A DNA stretch of 63,920 nucleotides, counting the filler, from Atractiella rhizophila (Eukaryota): NCBI GenBank assembly GCA_021432655.1. It is 3 parts of 3 records of this genome, joined end to end, with 100 filler letters (N's around TTAATTAATTAA, not from the genome) between each part and the next. Parts side by side here need not be neighbours in the genome. Positions count along the whole stretch, not along the records: positions 1 to 29,948 come from MU271469.1; positions 30,049 to 57,837 come from MU271471.1; 1 more part is not named here. One strand, given 5' to 3'. Of this stretch, positions 25,503 to 38,767 are shown piece after piece. The notes beneath the pieces were generated by a model that worked only from the letters and a program-made list of their open reading frames with translations, was not told the DNA's origin and made no database searches. A program made the position numbers and the translations under genes. The first letter of the stretch is position 1. Every line of letters begins with the position of its first letter.

Positions 25503-26545
25503 CTTGTTTGAAAGCTAATTGGAAGCAGAGTGCAATCCCTCCTCTTTAGAATACACTAGAAGAGATGGTCTTTCAACTAAGTCAAGGACTTTTCATTTCA
25601 TTCAGCCTTCAAGAAAGCTGCAGGAGTTTGGGCGATAGGGACGTGAAAGCCTTGTAACGATGAAGAAACTTACAGGATAAACTGGCAGGGACACCAAATA
25701 TATAAACAAGGCTCCGAGTCTGTTGCGACTTAGCCTTTTCAAAGATTGCGACATCCCTCTCTGGAGTGTTGTATCGGCCAATATAGTACTCACTCTATCA
25801 TCCATCACATAAACGTTTGAACTTGACGAATAACTATTGCATAGTTCGATTATCACGCGTAAAAAACATGTATCAAATTTTGATTAGGCCCTTCATCGTG
25901 GTTCCAAAAGACGTAAGGCCATGCCCAAAAAAAGACTGCAAGTCATTCTTCGCCAGAATTTATCGATTGTGACACACATTGCTGGTGCAATGCAGAGTCA
26001 AAATCGTCAAACTTAGCTGGCGTCCATCTCAATAATCTCACGCATTCAAAAAAAGGGTCCCCAACGGTAGGAGGGATACGGTTTCTTGAGTGCGGAATGA
26101 AGTGTCGAAACAGAATACCATTTCAAATCCCATTGCCTGACTATTGCCAATAAAAAAATACCGCTTACAACAGTTACGACTGCATCACGCCAGGATATGT
26201 ACCAGGTCACATTAGGTTCCTTCCACTTCTTCCTTTCAGAAACTGAAGGCACCCGTATATTGTGTACACGACTGTTTCTCTAGGCGTGTCATGTAGACTT
26301 GAAACTCGGAAAAGGGAGCAGCAAGGACCTTTCCCCACAGATCGCGCGTTGGAACTGGCCTGAAGCATCTCGGAGGGACAGGGAGAGTTGCTTACAATAA
26401 TCGACCACCAGGAAATGAGTGAAGAAAATTCTTCCACGAAGCGAACTACAACTATTTACGTGTGGTGATGCTCCGATCGGAGGCATAGTGAGAATTCTCA
26501 ATTTTTGGCACGGCAGCAACCAGCAACAAGAAAAAGAACAACGAA

Positions 26546-28368
26546 ATGTCACTGCAGCGCCGCCTATTCTCAAGCACAAGCCTGGCAAGACAAGCGCGTA
26601 TGTGACTCTGGTCCTCTCGCTGCGCCTTATTCTGACTTGAATGCAGCGGCAGCGGTGCCAGCTGGTCGATACAAGCGCACTGTGAGTGTTCCTCTCCTCC
26701 ATCAACTCGAAGTGCTGATTGGCTGGTGTAAGAAAAATGCGAGCTTGGGACCCGTAAATGTGCAGCGAGGAGACGAAGCGACGACTTTTTGGAAGGAAAA
26801 GCCTGGGCGAAAGGAACTGGGACATCTTCTGGTATGCCATGCCTTTTCAGTTCCAACCCTTCATCTCACAGACCTATCATGACCTTGTGGAACACAGGCG
26901 AGAGACGTAGTGAAAGGTCAAGAGGGGAGATTATACCTTCTTGAACAGGCAGATTTTTCGCGGTTAACATCTGTGGTTGGGATACAAAAGCGGATGGAAT
27001 ATGACGTGCGTTTTTCATGCCTTCCTCTCTATTTGCCATAGCATTAACTCATTTTGTATGCGTATAGTTCTCTTTTACATCCAGTCCAGCAACAGTCATT
27101 CTCCATAACACTCTCCAATTACTTTCTCTTCTGCCTTCGAATCCACCAACACCATCTCCAGCTTATCTCATCCGTTCGCTTTCTCATCTCCTCCTATAGG
27201 TGTAGTTCCTCATAATAGATGGATCAGAGGGTCCAGCAGGTATCGGGAAGTCGTATGCACTACTCCAGGCATCGCTGAAGTCGCTCCAAACGGGCTGGAT
27301 TGTCCTGTATCTTCCTGAATGTGAGAGTCTCTTATCTTCCCATTTGCGACACAACAGATAGCGATAGCTCAGGTTTTAAAACTATCAATTCCACCTCTTC
27401 CTATGTCTACTCCCCCTCGAAGTCCATCTACCTCCAGCCTTCCCTCTGCCAAACACTGCTCCGGCAACTGTACGGTGCGAATCAGAAAGCGTTACACGAG
27501 ATACCTTTGGACCCTAAAGCCGCAGTGGTCGAAGGGGAGAAGAAGGAGACGCTCGGAAGTTTGCTCAAAGAACAACTAAGGGAGAGAGCAGTCATGGAAG
27601 ACATGAGCTCCGCTCTGTTGGAAGAAGAACAAGAAGACCCCAAGGCTTTACAACCTGGAGAAGTGCTGCATCGGACTATGGAGGTGCTGTCGTCGCAGAC
27701 TCAGTGTGTCTTTCCCGCAATGAACTTTCTCCTCTGTATAGCTATTTGACGGAGATGGAGGCTGAAACTGAGAATTGGGTGAAGGTTCCCGGTCCTCCTC
27801 GCGCTTGATGGAGTGAACGCTATCTACAAGGCCTCGAAATATGTGGATCCAGAGGATAAGCCAATAGATAGCTGGGGATTGGAAGTCCCTCGTCTCCTTC
27901 TAGACTACCTCAGCGGAACGCGGTCATTTGTTTGTCTTTCTTCCATCTAGCACAGTATCCACGAAGTTGATGCTTTGTGTAGAAACGTGGCGTCGTTCTT
28001 TCCTCCACTTCAGCACACCCGACGGAGTTTCTCTCTCCCATCTTCCCCTCTTCCGCCACTTCCTCATCCCCACCAACTCTGAGATTCAGGAACATAACCC
28101 AAAAATACTACTACGAGCTTGCGAAGAACCTCATACCGGTGATGTTGAAGGAGCGGTTGGGGGAGAGTGAGGCGAGAGGAGTGTTTGAGATGTGGGAGGC
28201 ATTGAGAGGAGTGAGAGGAGGTGAGGCTTTCTCTCGATTCTCGTTTCCTGTTCGCACTGGGGCTGATGTGATATAGCTACGGATGAGCTATTTCTAGAGA
28301 AGCTGATGGAGAGCGACGGTAACGTAAAGATGTTCGACAGGAGTCTGCGCGACTCTCTAGGGTTGTAG
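26546..28368 (+). CDS. RSM23: Mitochondrial ribosomal protein mS29 (Rsm23/DAP3)
   Basis: Presequence MSLQRRLFSSTSLAR, P-loop GPAGIGKS, GWIVLYLP, INSTSSYVY...YLQP, FPVLLALDGVNAIY, LEVPRLLLDYLSG. Confidence 0.85.
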
Positions 28369-28556
28369 ACGTTCACATTCAAAAGTACACCCTCCGATAA
28401 TTTTTAATCATACTCGACCTTGAATGCACCGCTGAATTCATCTCTGAAAGTGAATGAATATTAATATGTGCGAGAAAGCCAAGTCTACCTATATAAACCT
28501 GGCGGAAAGTTGAGCGTCAAAATGAAGAACACGGATTATTTACATGCAAGACAAAT

Positions 28557-29948
28557 CTATCGGATCTTACAACTGTAAGATTCCTTGCCAAAATGCTCAA
28601 TATAAATGAGAGCGATCCAATGCAGATAAACTCCGCCTAACGTCATGAAATCAGTTCCAACTCATGAAGCAGACGAAGGACGTACCGATGATACCCAAAT
28701 GCCATAAATTGTGCGAATGCACATAATTGCAGATGCCACCGGGGAATAGCTTCTCTGGATAATTAGAAGCGTAGAAGAACAATCCTGCGAGGTAGGAGGA
28801 AATAGAGGGAAGGATGGGCCGGAAGACCTCCCAAGTCTCTCCCGCTCCGTAGAGCCACGCTCCATGGCAGAGCGGGGCAACACTGCAGGCTGCGAGACCG
28901 AGGAAGAATGCGATCCGGTATGGCTTGAAGGAGAGATCGTTGAACCATTTGCCGCCTCCGAGGAATGGGAGGGCACATCCTTCAAATACATTAGCGAGTA
29001 AAGGAGGTGGGGGAGAGAGATGTACCGATCATTCCCAGAATGAACATACTCCCCATATACATGGTTGGGATCCAGAGAGGAGCACAGTAAAAGCAGAAGT
29101 GGATGTAAGAGATGACGGAAGCGGAGATGAGGAGTGAAATTCCCCTGCCACCAACAAATGCATCAGTGTCTTCAGTATATAGTGACAAGAGATATGACGA
29201 ACAGGTAGTCCAGATTAGCTCCGAAGTAGTAATAGGTCCGCGAGGAACAATGAGAGAGGATATGAAAAAGGCAAGAGCAGAGGAAGCAGTAGGTGGCGGC
29301 CAGGAGGAAGAAAGAAGCGATTACGAAGTCGAGAAGAGTGCGTTCGGTTTGGGCAGCTGGAGTCATGAAGGATGGGAAGGAGAAGACATTCCAGTACAGG
29401 GAGAGGAGGACGATGACAACTGAAACCGCTCCAAACAGGTGTGTGTGGATATTCACTAACAATATTCATGTGAGAACCAGCTCAAAGTAGGTCTAGGAGA
29501 ACATACGAGTCTCATTGTGCAAACCGAATACTCCACCAGCGAACAATGTTCCCCAATTCTCGGCAGGAACGAATCGGTATCCGGAACGGATGAAAGGATT
29601 GTGTTGCCACTCGCTTGGAAGCTCGTGGAAATGGAGCATCCTCTTCGCTCCCTCCTTCAACGCACGTGCATACTTGGCGGCATCTTCATATCCTGGAGGA
29701 GTAGGGAGGAGGGCAGAAAGGCGCTGACTCTCAGCCAGGAAGTACTCTTTGATGGTTTCCATGGATGGGAGGTCGTCCAAGAGTCGAGTACTAGGGCCTG
29801 AATCGTTGTCCACTTCGTCTTCGTTGGAGAATGAACCAGAAGGATCGGTTGTGGCTACAGCCTGAACGAAAGCGGAGAGGAGGATGCGCATCTCTCCCGT
29901 CACCTCGGAGAGCATCGATCGTGCATCCTCGCCCTTATCCATCAACAC
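28557..29948 (-). CDS. PAQR / hemolysin-III (Izh-like) membrane protein, 5'-truncated at contig end
   Basis: WQHNPFIRSGYR, LHNET|VNIHTH, CSCLFHILS, LDYLFVISL, His-rich multi-TM region. Confidence 0.88.
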
Positions 29949-30048
29949 NNNNNNNNNNNNNNNNNNNNNNNNNNNNNNNNNNNNNNNNNNNNTTAATTAA
30001 TTAANNNNNNNNNNNNNNNNNNNNNNNNNNNNNNNNNNNNNNNNNNNN
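29949..30048. other. Artificial contig linker (N run with TTAATTAATTAA, stops in all frames)
   Basis: Seen directly. Confidence 0.98.
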
Positions 30049-30049
30049 C

Positions 30050-31349
30050 ATGCTCTCCACTGACGCCAACGCTCTGACCGTCGCCATCATCGGCATCACT
30101 GGCGCTCAAGGAGGGAGTGTCTATTCCGCGCTTCGCGCGTCGTCCAAACCGTACAAGGTGATTGGGATCACGAGGAATGTGACGGGCGAGAAGGCGAAGA
30201 AGCTTGAAGGAGAGGGAGTGGTGATGAGAGCGGCGACTGTGGCAGTTGGGAATGAGGAGGGGGTGAAGAAAGCTTTCGAGGGGGCTGAAGTCGTCTTTGT
30301 AGGTCGTTTCTTTAGGCGCAGCGAAAAGAAAAAGCGTTGAGAGAGATTTGTGTTTGTGTCCGGCAGGCAGTGACGGATTTCTGGGCCCACACTGATATGG
30401 AACGTGTGAGTTGTATATCTAAATCAAGAAAGTGAATGCTTAACCTATCGATGGTGAAAGGAATACAATGAAATCAAGCTCGTCGTCGACACCGCTTTCT
30501 CCATCCCAACCCTCAAAGCCTTCCTCTGGTCTGGCCTCACTTCCTACGCAGCGCACACGAAGGGGAAATATTCCAAAGTATACCATTTCGAGGCGAAGGC
30601 AAAGGGGACACAGTATCTATTTGAGAAGAGCAAGACGCGTCCCGAAGTTCGCGCGGTAACGATTGAGGTGCGTCGCCTTCGGTTGCACTTTCCGCAACAT
30701 GCATAATATGGGATTGACGGATGTGGTAACGGATGACTAGCCGGCCGCCTACATGCAGAACTTCCTGGGTGAGAACTTGGGGTTCAGAAAACAAGAAGAC
30801 GGATCGTACGTCTGCTCCACCGGGTGGACGGCGGACACCAAACTTGCGACCATCGACATTGCAAACGACTACGGGATCTTTGTGCAAGAGGCTCTGGAGC
30901 ACGAGAACGAGTTCCCTGATGGTTCTATAGTCCGTGCCTTCTCGGAGGAGTTGACATTGCAAGAGATGGTGAACCAATTCGGGCAAGGTCCGTCATTTGT
31001 CTTCAATCACCTCCGTATTTCCTTGCCGCAGAGAGAGGGGATGGACTAATCAAGCTGCGTAAAGTGACTGGCAAACAGACACAGTACAGATATGTACCTT
31101 TTGAAGACTCCCCCGCTTTTGGGAAGCTGCCAAAAGTCATGCAGGAGGACTTCGCTGACTTTTATGGAGCTGTAAACCAAGTTGGATGTAAGATGTTGTC
31201 CCAAGTGCTTCATACGACGATGCTGAACTCGACACATAGACTATGGAAGTAAAGCGGAGGATGGAAAGAGCAGCGCTTTCCTTTCACGCAAACCGAAGAG
31301 CTGGAAGCAGTTCGTGGATGATAACAAGAAAGCTCTCTTGAGAGAGTAA
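30050..31349 (+). CDS. NmrA-like NAD(P)-binding protein
   Basis: VAIIGITGAQGGSV, AFEGAEVVF|AVTDFW, YHFEAKAK, YMQNF, IDIANDYGIFV. Confidence 0.88.
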
Positions 31350-31763
31350 AGTTGAACAAGACAACTTGAATGTATCCTGTTGCAAATAAGGATCTGTGTG
31401 TATGAACAAGTGGAAGTGATTGTTTCTGGAATGATATACAGTATTCTTCGCCAGCAGGAGGTAGCCAACGATAACTCGAAGAATAGAAAATGTAAAGACC
31501 TGAAGGCAGATTTGGGCGGTGCAACAATGTGCTTCAACATACGTGTTTTTACACAGCGAGACTCGCTTGACTCTGAAAAAAAGGAGACGCACCAAGCCCG
31601 TGACGTGAAGTTATACTTGCATCTTCACCAGTTTGCGCACAGTTGCCTTGTGACTCAATTTCAAAAGGCGTGACAAACTTGAAAAACGGCTTAACTTGAA
31701 GCAGATTAAGCAGGCATCTGCAGGCCCCTCACCAAACGATTAGACTGGTTAGACGCGTAAACG

Positions 31764-33255
31764 AGATGAGGGTGTAATTGCCATAAGGCTATGAGCATTA
31801 TGTTTTTGGAGCGGAACGGTAGGCCTACAAAGAGACATGTACGTTATCCTGAAAATAATTTAGCTCTAGACTTCCTGTAGTTGCGAGAGGACTGTGGTTT
31901 TATGTCCTACGTGTTGACGGTGCTAATCTGCGCCAGAGCTGCCTGCCTCCTTTTATGCTTGGCACGAACTCGACACGATCATAGTATCTCCAAGTGCCTC
32001 TCTCTATTGTCTGCAATTTGACAAGTTGATTCTGTTGTTGTCGGCGCTGCGCGAATTATGACAAAGGGCTCAAGTCAGCCGTCATGATGCTTTGATTTTG
32101 AGGCACTCTCCCATCGATGTCTGGTGACAGGTGTTAGACGATGCTCTTCAAGCTCGAGGGAGTAACAATGATTGGCATAGAATTTTGGAGTGTCTTGCGA
32201 TGGACACTGGGCACGCTATCACAAGTGATAGCTGGGGTACTCACGCAAAGGAAGGAAACACATGTTTCCGGTTTGGTGCCAACTTTTCATGCTCGCGGAG
32301 TCACGGCGTTTTCATGCTAGGGATTTGGTGATTTGCCCTTTGTCTGTCCACCGGGACCGTCGATGGGGGTGAGGATATAATATGTGGAGTTCATTCACGC
32401 CGACAGCTTGTCCTGTGTCTTACGAGCAGCTGTGGTGTAGAATGCTCTCGGCACCTCCAAACCCATCTTACGTTGCTAACCCACGTTACACTTTGCTCTT
32501 GCACTCCAAAGATGAGGGTGTAATTGCCATAAGGCTATGAGCATTATGTTTTTGGAGCGGAACGGTAGGCCTACAAAGAGACATGTACGTTATCCTGAAA
32601 ATAATTTAGCTCTAGACTTCCTGTAGTTGCGAGAGGACTGTGGTTTTATGTCCTACGTGTTGACGGTGCTAATCTGCGCCAGAGCTGCCTGCCTCCTTTT
32701 ATGCTTGGCACGAACTCGACACGATCATAGTATCTCCAAGTGCCTCTCTCTATTGTCTGCAATTTGACAAGTTGATTCTGTTGTTGTCGGCGCTGCGCGA
32801 ATTATGACAAAGGGCTCAAGTCAGCCGTCATGATGCTTTGATTTTGAGGCACTCTCCCATCGATGTCTGGTGACAGGTGTTAGACGATGCTCTTCAAGCT
32901 CGAGGGAGTAACAATGATTGGCATAGAATTTTGGAGTGTCTTGCGATGGACACTGGGCACGCTATCACAAGTGATAGATGGGGTACTCACGCAAAGGAAG
33001 GAAACACATGTTTCCGGTTTGGTGCCAACTTTTCATGCTCGCGGAGTCACGGCGTTTTCATGCTAGGGATTTGGTGATTTGCCCTTTGTCTGTCCACCGG
33101 GACCGTCGATGGGGGTGAGGATATAATATGTGGAGTTCATTCACGCCGACAGCTTGTCCTGTGTCTTACGAGCAGCTGTGGTGTAGAATGCTCTCGGCAC
33201 CTCCAAACCCATCTTACGTTGCTAACCCACGTTACACTTTGCTCTTGCACTCCAA
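31764..33255. repeat. Near-perfect tandem duplication, 746-bp unit (31764-32509 / 32510-33255)
   Basis: Copies identical by eye except C32232 vs A32978. Confidence 0.95.
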
Positions 33256-33661
33256 TATTGTTTCCTTCGCTATCGGTTCATCATCACATTGTTTTGGTGG
33301 TGGACACAAGGCCACCCTCCTAGGTGTCGATCTGCTCCACCTGTCGGGGACAGCCATCGCTCTCCACGCGGATAGTGGCGGACGGAATGGAGTAAGGCAC
33401 CTCTCGCACCTTGCACCTCCTCCCCCAGATACAGTACTTAGTACTTAGCCATAACAGACACTCATGATGCCCGAAGATCTGCGACAATTGGCACCAGGCG
33501 TCCACCTCAATCACACGAATGAGGTATGGCACCGTGGCGGTAACAGTGCCTTCCTTCACTGCTTGATTGTGAAGCTATAAAAGGCCTCATCCTTCATCTT
33601 GACCAACTACTTTTCATTCTTTCGTTTGATATACCGACTTCTTTTTTCCATTCTCTTGAAC

Positions 33662-35076
33662 ATGAATACCTACATCACTGCAGCACTTTCACTCCTCGCC
33701 AGCTCCGCTCTTGCCCTTCCAGTCGTCAATGGTACGGCTAGCATTCTAGCTCAGAACCCACCTCACTTCGCCATCTACTCGGACAACTGGTTCGTCTCCG
33801 TCTCCACCAACGTTGAAACTGCTCCTCAGCGCACTTACATAATAGGTCTAATATGGGTGCTCCCCCAAACGCGACGGCTTTGGATGGCTGGAATGCTTTC
33901 CTGCTTTCCTTCTGGACCTCCGGAAGAGGACCGCTCGATATGGCTCAGGGGTGGGTATCACTTACCGATGAGCAGAGGGCTGCGTATAGAGCGGAATACG
34001 ATGCTGTCGGTATGCCACTCAAAGCTCTACAGTGATTGATTTAAACTCATGAATGGGAGAAAGGCGCGAAACTCATCATTAGCGCTTATGGTGAGCTCGT
34101 CTTTGGAAGATTGCGGGTTAGCTTGTTGAGGTTTTATGGCATTAGGATCTACTGAAAGCCCTACAACTGCTGGTGTCGATCCTATCACTGCAGCTAATGA
34201 GCTCGCAGACTTTGTGAAGACTTACAATCTCCACGTAGGCTTCCTCACTTGATGTTGCAAGCAAGTTCAACTTACATATGATACAGGGAGCCGATTTGGA
34301 TTATGAAGATTTCGATGCGTTCAACGGTGGCACAGCGGAGGATTGGCTCATCACCATGATTAAACAACTGAGGACCAATCTTGGACCTGATTATATCATC
34401 ACGTATACAAATTTCTTCGGCAGACGCTCCTCCCATGCTAATGCAAAAACAGATCGGCACCGTTGGCCCCATGGTTTGCTGATAATGGCAAATACCCAGG
34501 GGGAGGATACGTTCGAATTCACGAAGAGGTCGGAGACCAAATTGACTGGTACAACGTCCAGTGTGGGTTTCAGCTCCTCCATTCTTTGTGCATCCATTGC
34601 TTCATGTGCTGATGGCAGAGAGTTTACAGTCTACAATCAGAATGACTACACCACTTGCGAATCACTACTCAACACATCAGGATCTCAATGGCCTCACACC
34701 TCACTCTTTGAAATCGTCGCGAAGGGGGTTCCAGCTGATAAACTGCTTATTGGCAAGCCTGCAAGCACCGGAGATGCTAGCAATGGATACGTCGATCCTG
34801 CTACGCTTGCTACCTGCGTGCAGCAGGCCAAAGGGAAGGGATGGAACGGTACGATCCTCGGTTTTTGTTCTTAATTCTGGAGCTGACGTCCTGCGACAGC
34901 TGGACTCATGGTCTGGGTAAGCTTCTTTGAGTGTTTTGTTACTTGGCTGATCGAAGTGTTTTACTGCAAAAGCAATATCCTAATCAGGTTTGTCGTTCTT
35001 TCGTCCAAAAATCTTGTCGCACTCAAGCTGAATATCGCAGCCTATCGGATACGTTTCTACCGTGTGGGGATCATAA
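33662..35076 (+). CDS. Secreted GH18 chitinase
   Basis: Signal peptide, catalytic GADLDYEDF (DxDxE), APLAPWF, IDWYNVQFYNQ, KLLIGKPA, GLMVW|QYP. Confidence 0.92.
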
Positions 35077-35365
35077 GGGATTGAATCCTATCAACCAAGT
35101 CCTATACACTCGCTTCAGCGATCGTTGTATACTCAATGCAATGCAAGCAATCGAAGTTGTATCACACCATATTGGCTGACCTGCCACATCTTCGTAATCA
35201 ATCAAAAGAGAAAATCAAGAGGGATTCTCTCTGGTACACAAATTGCAATAAAGATCAGAAAAGTGATCCAGCTGTGACCACGAGTGTTCGGATGAGGCTA
35301 TATAAGCCATTTCAGTACGTTGATACGTTGCACCTAATGTGACTATTGATCTAACGTGCACATGG

Positions 35366-37932
35366 TTAATACAACTTCACATCCTCAACCTCAACCTCCA
35401 CGCCTAACCGATCAAACTCGACGAGCTCGCAGTCCAGCTCCTTCATCCCTGTCTCAGCTACGATGCAGGTAAAGTCCATGTCCTGTCCACAATCCAATTG
35501 ATTATGTATTAGCATCTTGCTCTTTCACCAAAATGAATGGGACTAACGGCGTCGATAGCAAGGAGAGGATGATGCCACACCCCCGGCCTATAGGTTATTC
35601 CTTGCTTCCCACTAGTGATGAAAGCCTTGAGGGTCTTGAGGTCGGGCTTATCATCTGTCTCCAAAATTACATGGATAACAACAGTGAGGACCGACAATGT
35701 GAGGTTGTTATGAGAGGCGAGACAGGGGAATGGGAATATAACTTACCTGCACCGTTCAAAGCCACAACGACAAGATACTGTGTCCCTTCGCTCGCTCCTA
35801 AAGGCGAAAACATCTGAGTGCTCAAACTGTGTCTCTCCAGTGCTTTCAAGCGGCTTCCCTCCCACTTGTTTGCTTTGAAGATGCATAAATTCGGCACCAC
35901 CTTCTGTTCTCCCGGCGCAGGTAAGAACTCGAGATCTGCTAGGTTGTTATACTTGATGGCAGTCCCGAAGTTCGCACTTGTGGCCGTTTTCCGAATAGAG
36001 GGAGGAGCGAGATCGGGAGAGGTGTACGACTGAAGGACTTTTCCATAGGGGGAGTAGGTAAGAGGAGAAATTGGTAGGGCAGGGATGGATAGTTTGTTGA
36101 GGGCAGATGTAGGGAGCTGAGATTGTGTTCCAGAGCCATCAATCGGGAGTTCAGCAGCAGAGCCGTCTAGAGAGACTCGACCATGGATCCGCAAACGCTT
36201 GACACCTCCATCTTCTCGCCATCAAGCAATTAACCTCGAGTTATGCGTTGTATAATTAAAGGAACTGGCGCACCAGGGTATATTACCAATTTCACATGAC
36301 TGAACCTTTTCTCCTTCAAGGATGGTTCAAGGGCAAAGCAAGCCCTAGCGTCCGGCCCCAACTTTGTGCGAGCAACTAGCGGAGTCCATAATTCTTCACT
36401 AGTCGCGGGCGGATCTTGACCGTCCTGTATCAAAAAGAACGTCAACAGTCGATTTGATACGTTAGAAAGTCTGCATACTGAGTAAGCACCTAGCACCTCA
36501 GCACTCTCTGGGAAGTTCCCAATGAAGTTTTTCGTGTCAATTTCCACCCAATCCACATATCCGGGGGTCGCTCTGCTCTAACCTTCAGCTTGCTCGTCTT
36601 GAAACGGTAAGGAAGGAAGATGGAAGACAGACAAACGAACAACGACCCAATCCTTCTTCCCCACCACTCTGCTCCTCCTCGTCTCCCATCCATCGCTCAT
36701 CTAACACCAATGGACGATATTAACTTCAATTTTCATCCACTGCGCAGCAAAAAAAACGGACGTCAAACCCCCTTCCGGGTTTTAAGATGTTTTCTCCAGC
36801 TCCAAAGTGTCTATCGCTCTCTTCCACAATCGTCGCACCAAGTAAAACGCTTGCGAGCTCTCCCTTCCATCCTGGCTGGAAAGCCGGAGGGATCACTCTA
36901 CCGATGGCTCGCAGGCGGGAAAGACCACCGTCAGGAATCATGAGCACTGATGAACCAGATATGAGGTAGGAGGAGAAAGAAGGAAGGAAATGCATGCCTT
37001 TAAGACGATTTACTGGCTCCGAGGGAGAGATTTGGAAGTTGTGTACGGCTGACGGACCTAGTGGGGATCGTTGGAGGAGCTGTGTCCACTACAAGAGCAA
37101 AGATTTCAATCGGAATGACGGACAAAATAGACCCACCCGCTGATCGTTCTCTCTCACATCTTCTCTTTCTGCTTCTTCGTCAGAGATGCGTAGACCCCAC
37201 ACTTCTGCTGCTGGTGCTTCGTTGCCACTAAAGTGTGTGGTGTCTAGCACAAATTTTTCGATTTGTCCCAAACATGCCAGTTTGATAATAGCCCTGAATA
37301 GTGAGTGAGGTTGAGGGACATCAGTAGGTGGCTAAGCAAAGAAGAAAGTAATACAGTTGAATGAAGCATGGACGAGATTCAAAACAGGGGTATCTCAATG
37401 CTCTGACTGTACTAGATTCTAGCGTTGCATCGAAACAGTGACCGTATCATGTTGTACGATTCCATAGCACAATATCCTCCATTTCTAAAGCGCATCAGCG
37501 TAAGTTGATGCATGGTTCTGCAAGTACAACCAAGAATGCTCTACGCCGTAAGTCACAAATGCTCATATGTATGAAGAGAAAATCCATGTTTAGGGATCTC
37601 AGCCACTTAGATGAGCTAGAAGGATCGGCTTCTTTCTCGATGAACAAAGGAAGATTGAAAAGCAATGAGTGTGTAGAAGGCGCACCAATCGAATGTCGGG
37701 TTGTGTCGACGAGTCTCCCATCCATCGTACAGAGCGCCATTAGGCCCGCACTGCCCTTTGAGACTTTTCGGGTCCTGATCATCAAACGCAATAGCACAAT
37801 TATAAATACTGTAGAGGCTGAGGAGGAAGGACAAACATGAGGAAGCAGAAGGGAGGAGGCTGGAGCGAAGAACTCGTCTGAACAGGAGAGGATTCGAGAG
37901 CCGAGTGTGCTGGAGGAGAGCTCAATGGACAT
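35366..37932 (-). CDS. Allantoicase-ureidoglycolate lyase fusion (Dal2 + Dal3 domains)
   Basis: [59 protein letters not shown], then [13 protein letters not shown] and [13 protein letters not shown] in one spliced frame. Confidence 0.92.
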
Positions 37933-38767
37933 TCTGGGTCGATGCTTTGATACTTGATATGGCTTGATGCTCGCTCAATTTTGTCACGGTGGTGCAGTGA
38001 TCGATCAATCAAGGGAAGGTATCGAGTATACCCGATGTTGACCGATCAATGCCACAACAACCGCTTTGATCAGAGATTGAGGTTTTATTGATGGTTTCTT
38101 TGTGTACGACAGCATGGAAGGTATGAGAGAGACCTGAGTCACGAGAGCGGCCTGGCCAATGAGCGTGATGGTATAGGGAAGGATGGGGGAGAGTTTAGGA
38201 ATAAAGCTGCACTGTCAGTTTTTTCACTTATTTATGCATCGCTAGGGGAGGAGAAACTGCTCAGATCCTGTTCTTCTAGAGTGAGGGACCTTCCTAATGA
38301 TCTATCATCACTACTTGTGGTAGAAACGATGAGGAACGACGTGTGTGAACGCTTTGTAAGAACAGTAAATGGTGGCTTTCGATGCAATCTAGAGCTGAAG
38401 AGAAAGCAAGAGAATGTCTCTGAGCTTTTGTTCGGATTCAACAATCGCAATGTTCAACATTCTTCGCAAGCTTTTGCTGTCAGTCCTGTTTGCTTATGGG
38501 GAGAAGGTTTAGATTCATGAGCTTTCAAATGCTGCCTTCTTCCTCCTACAAGAAGTGAGCTGTAGGACAAGTAAGATAATGTGAGAGTCGACGGTTTATG
38601 CTTTGATTAGCTCGTGACCTCTGATGGCGTTAGAGAGCCATTTAGCGGTGATGTGTATCATTGAGTTACCTTATGTAAGACAAAACATAGATCTGTATCA
38701 AATGAGAACCCAGCGCCATTTCTGTATTCTAAATATTATCTGTACACTTCCTTCTCCATCTCAATAT

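Noticed and set aside
29993..30004. TTAATTAATTAA palindrome (also near 57882-57893)
   Set aside because: Artificial linker inside N runs.
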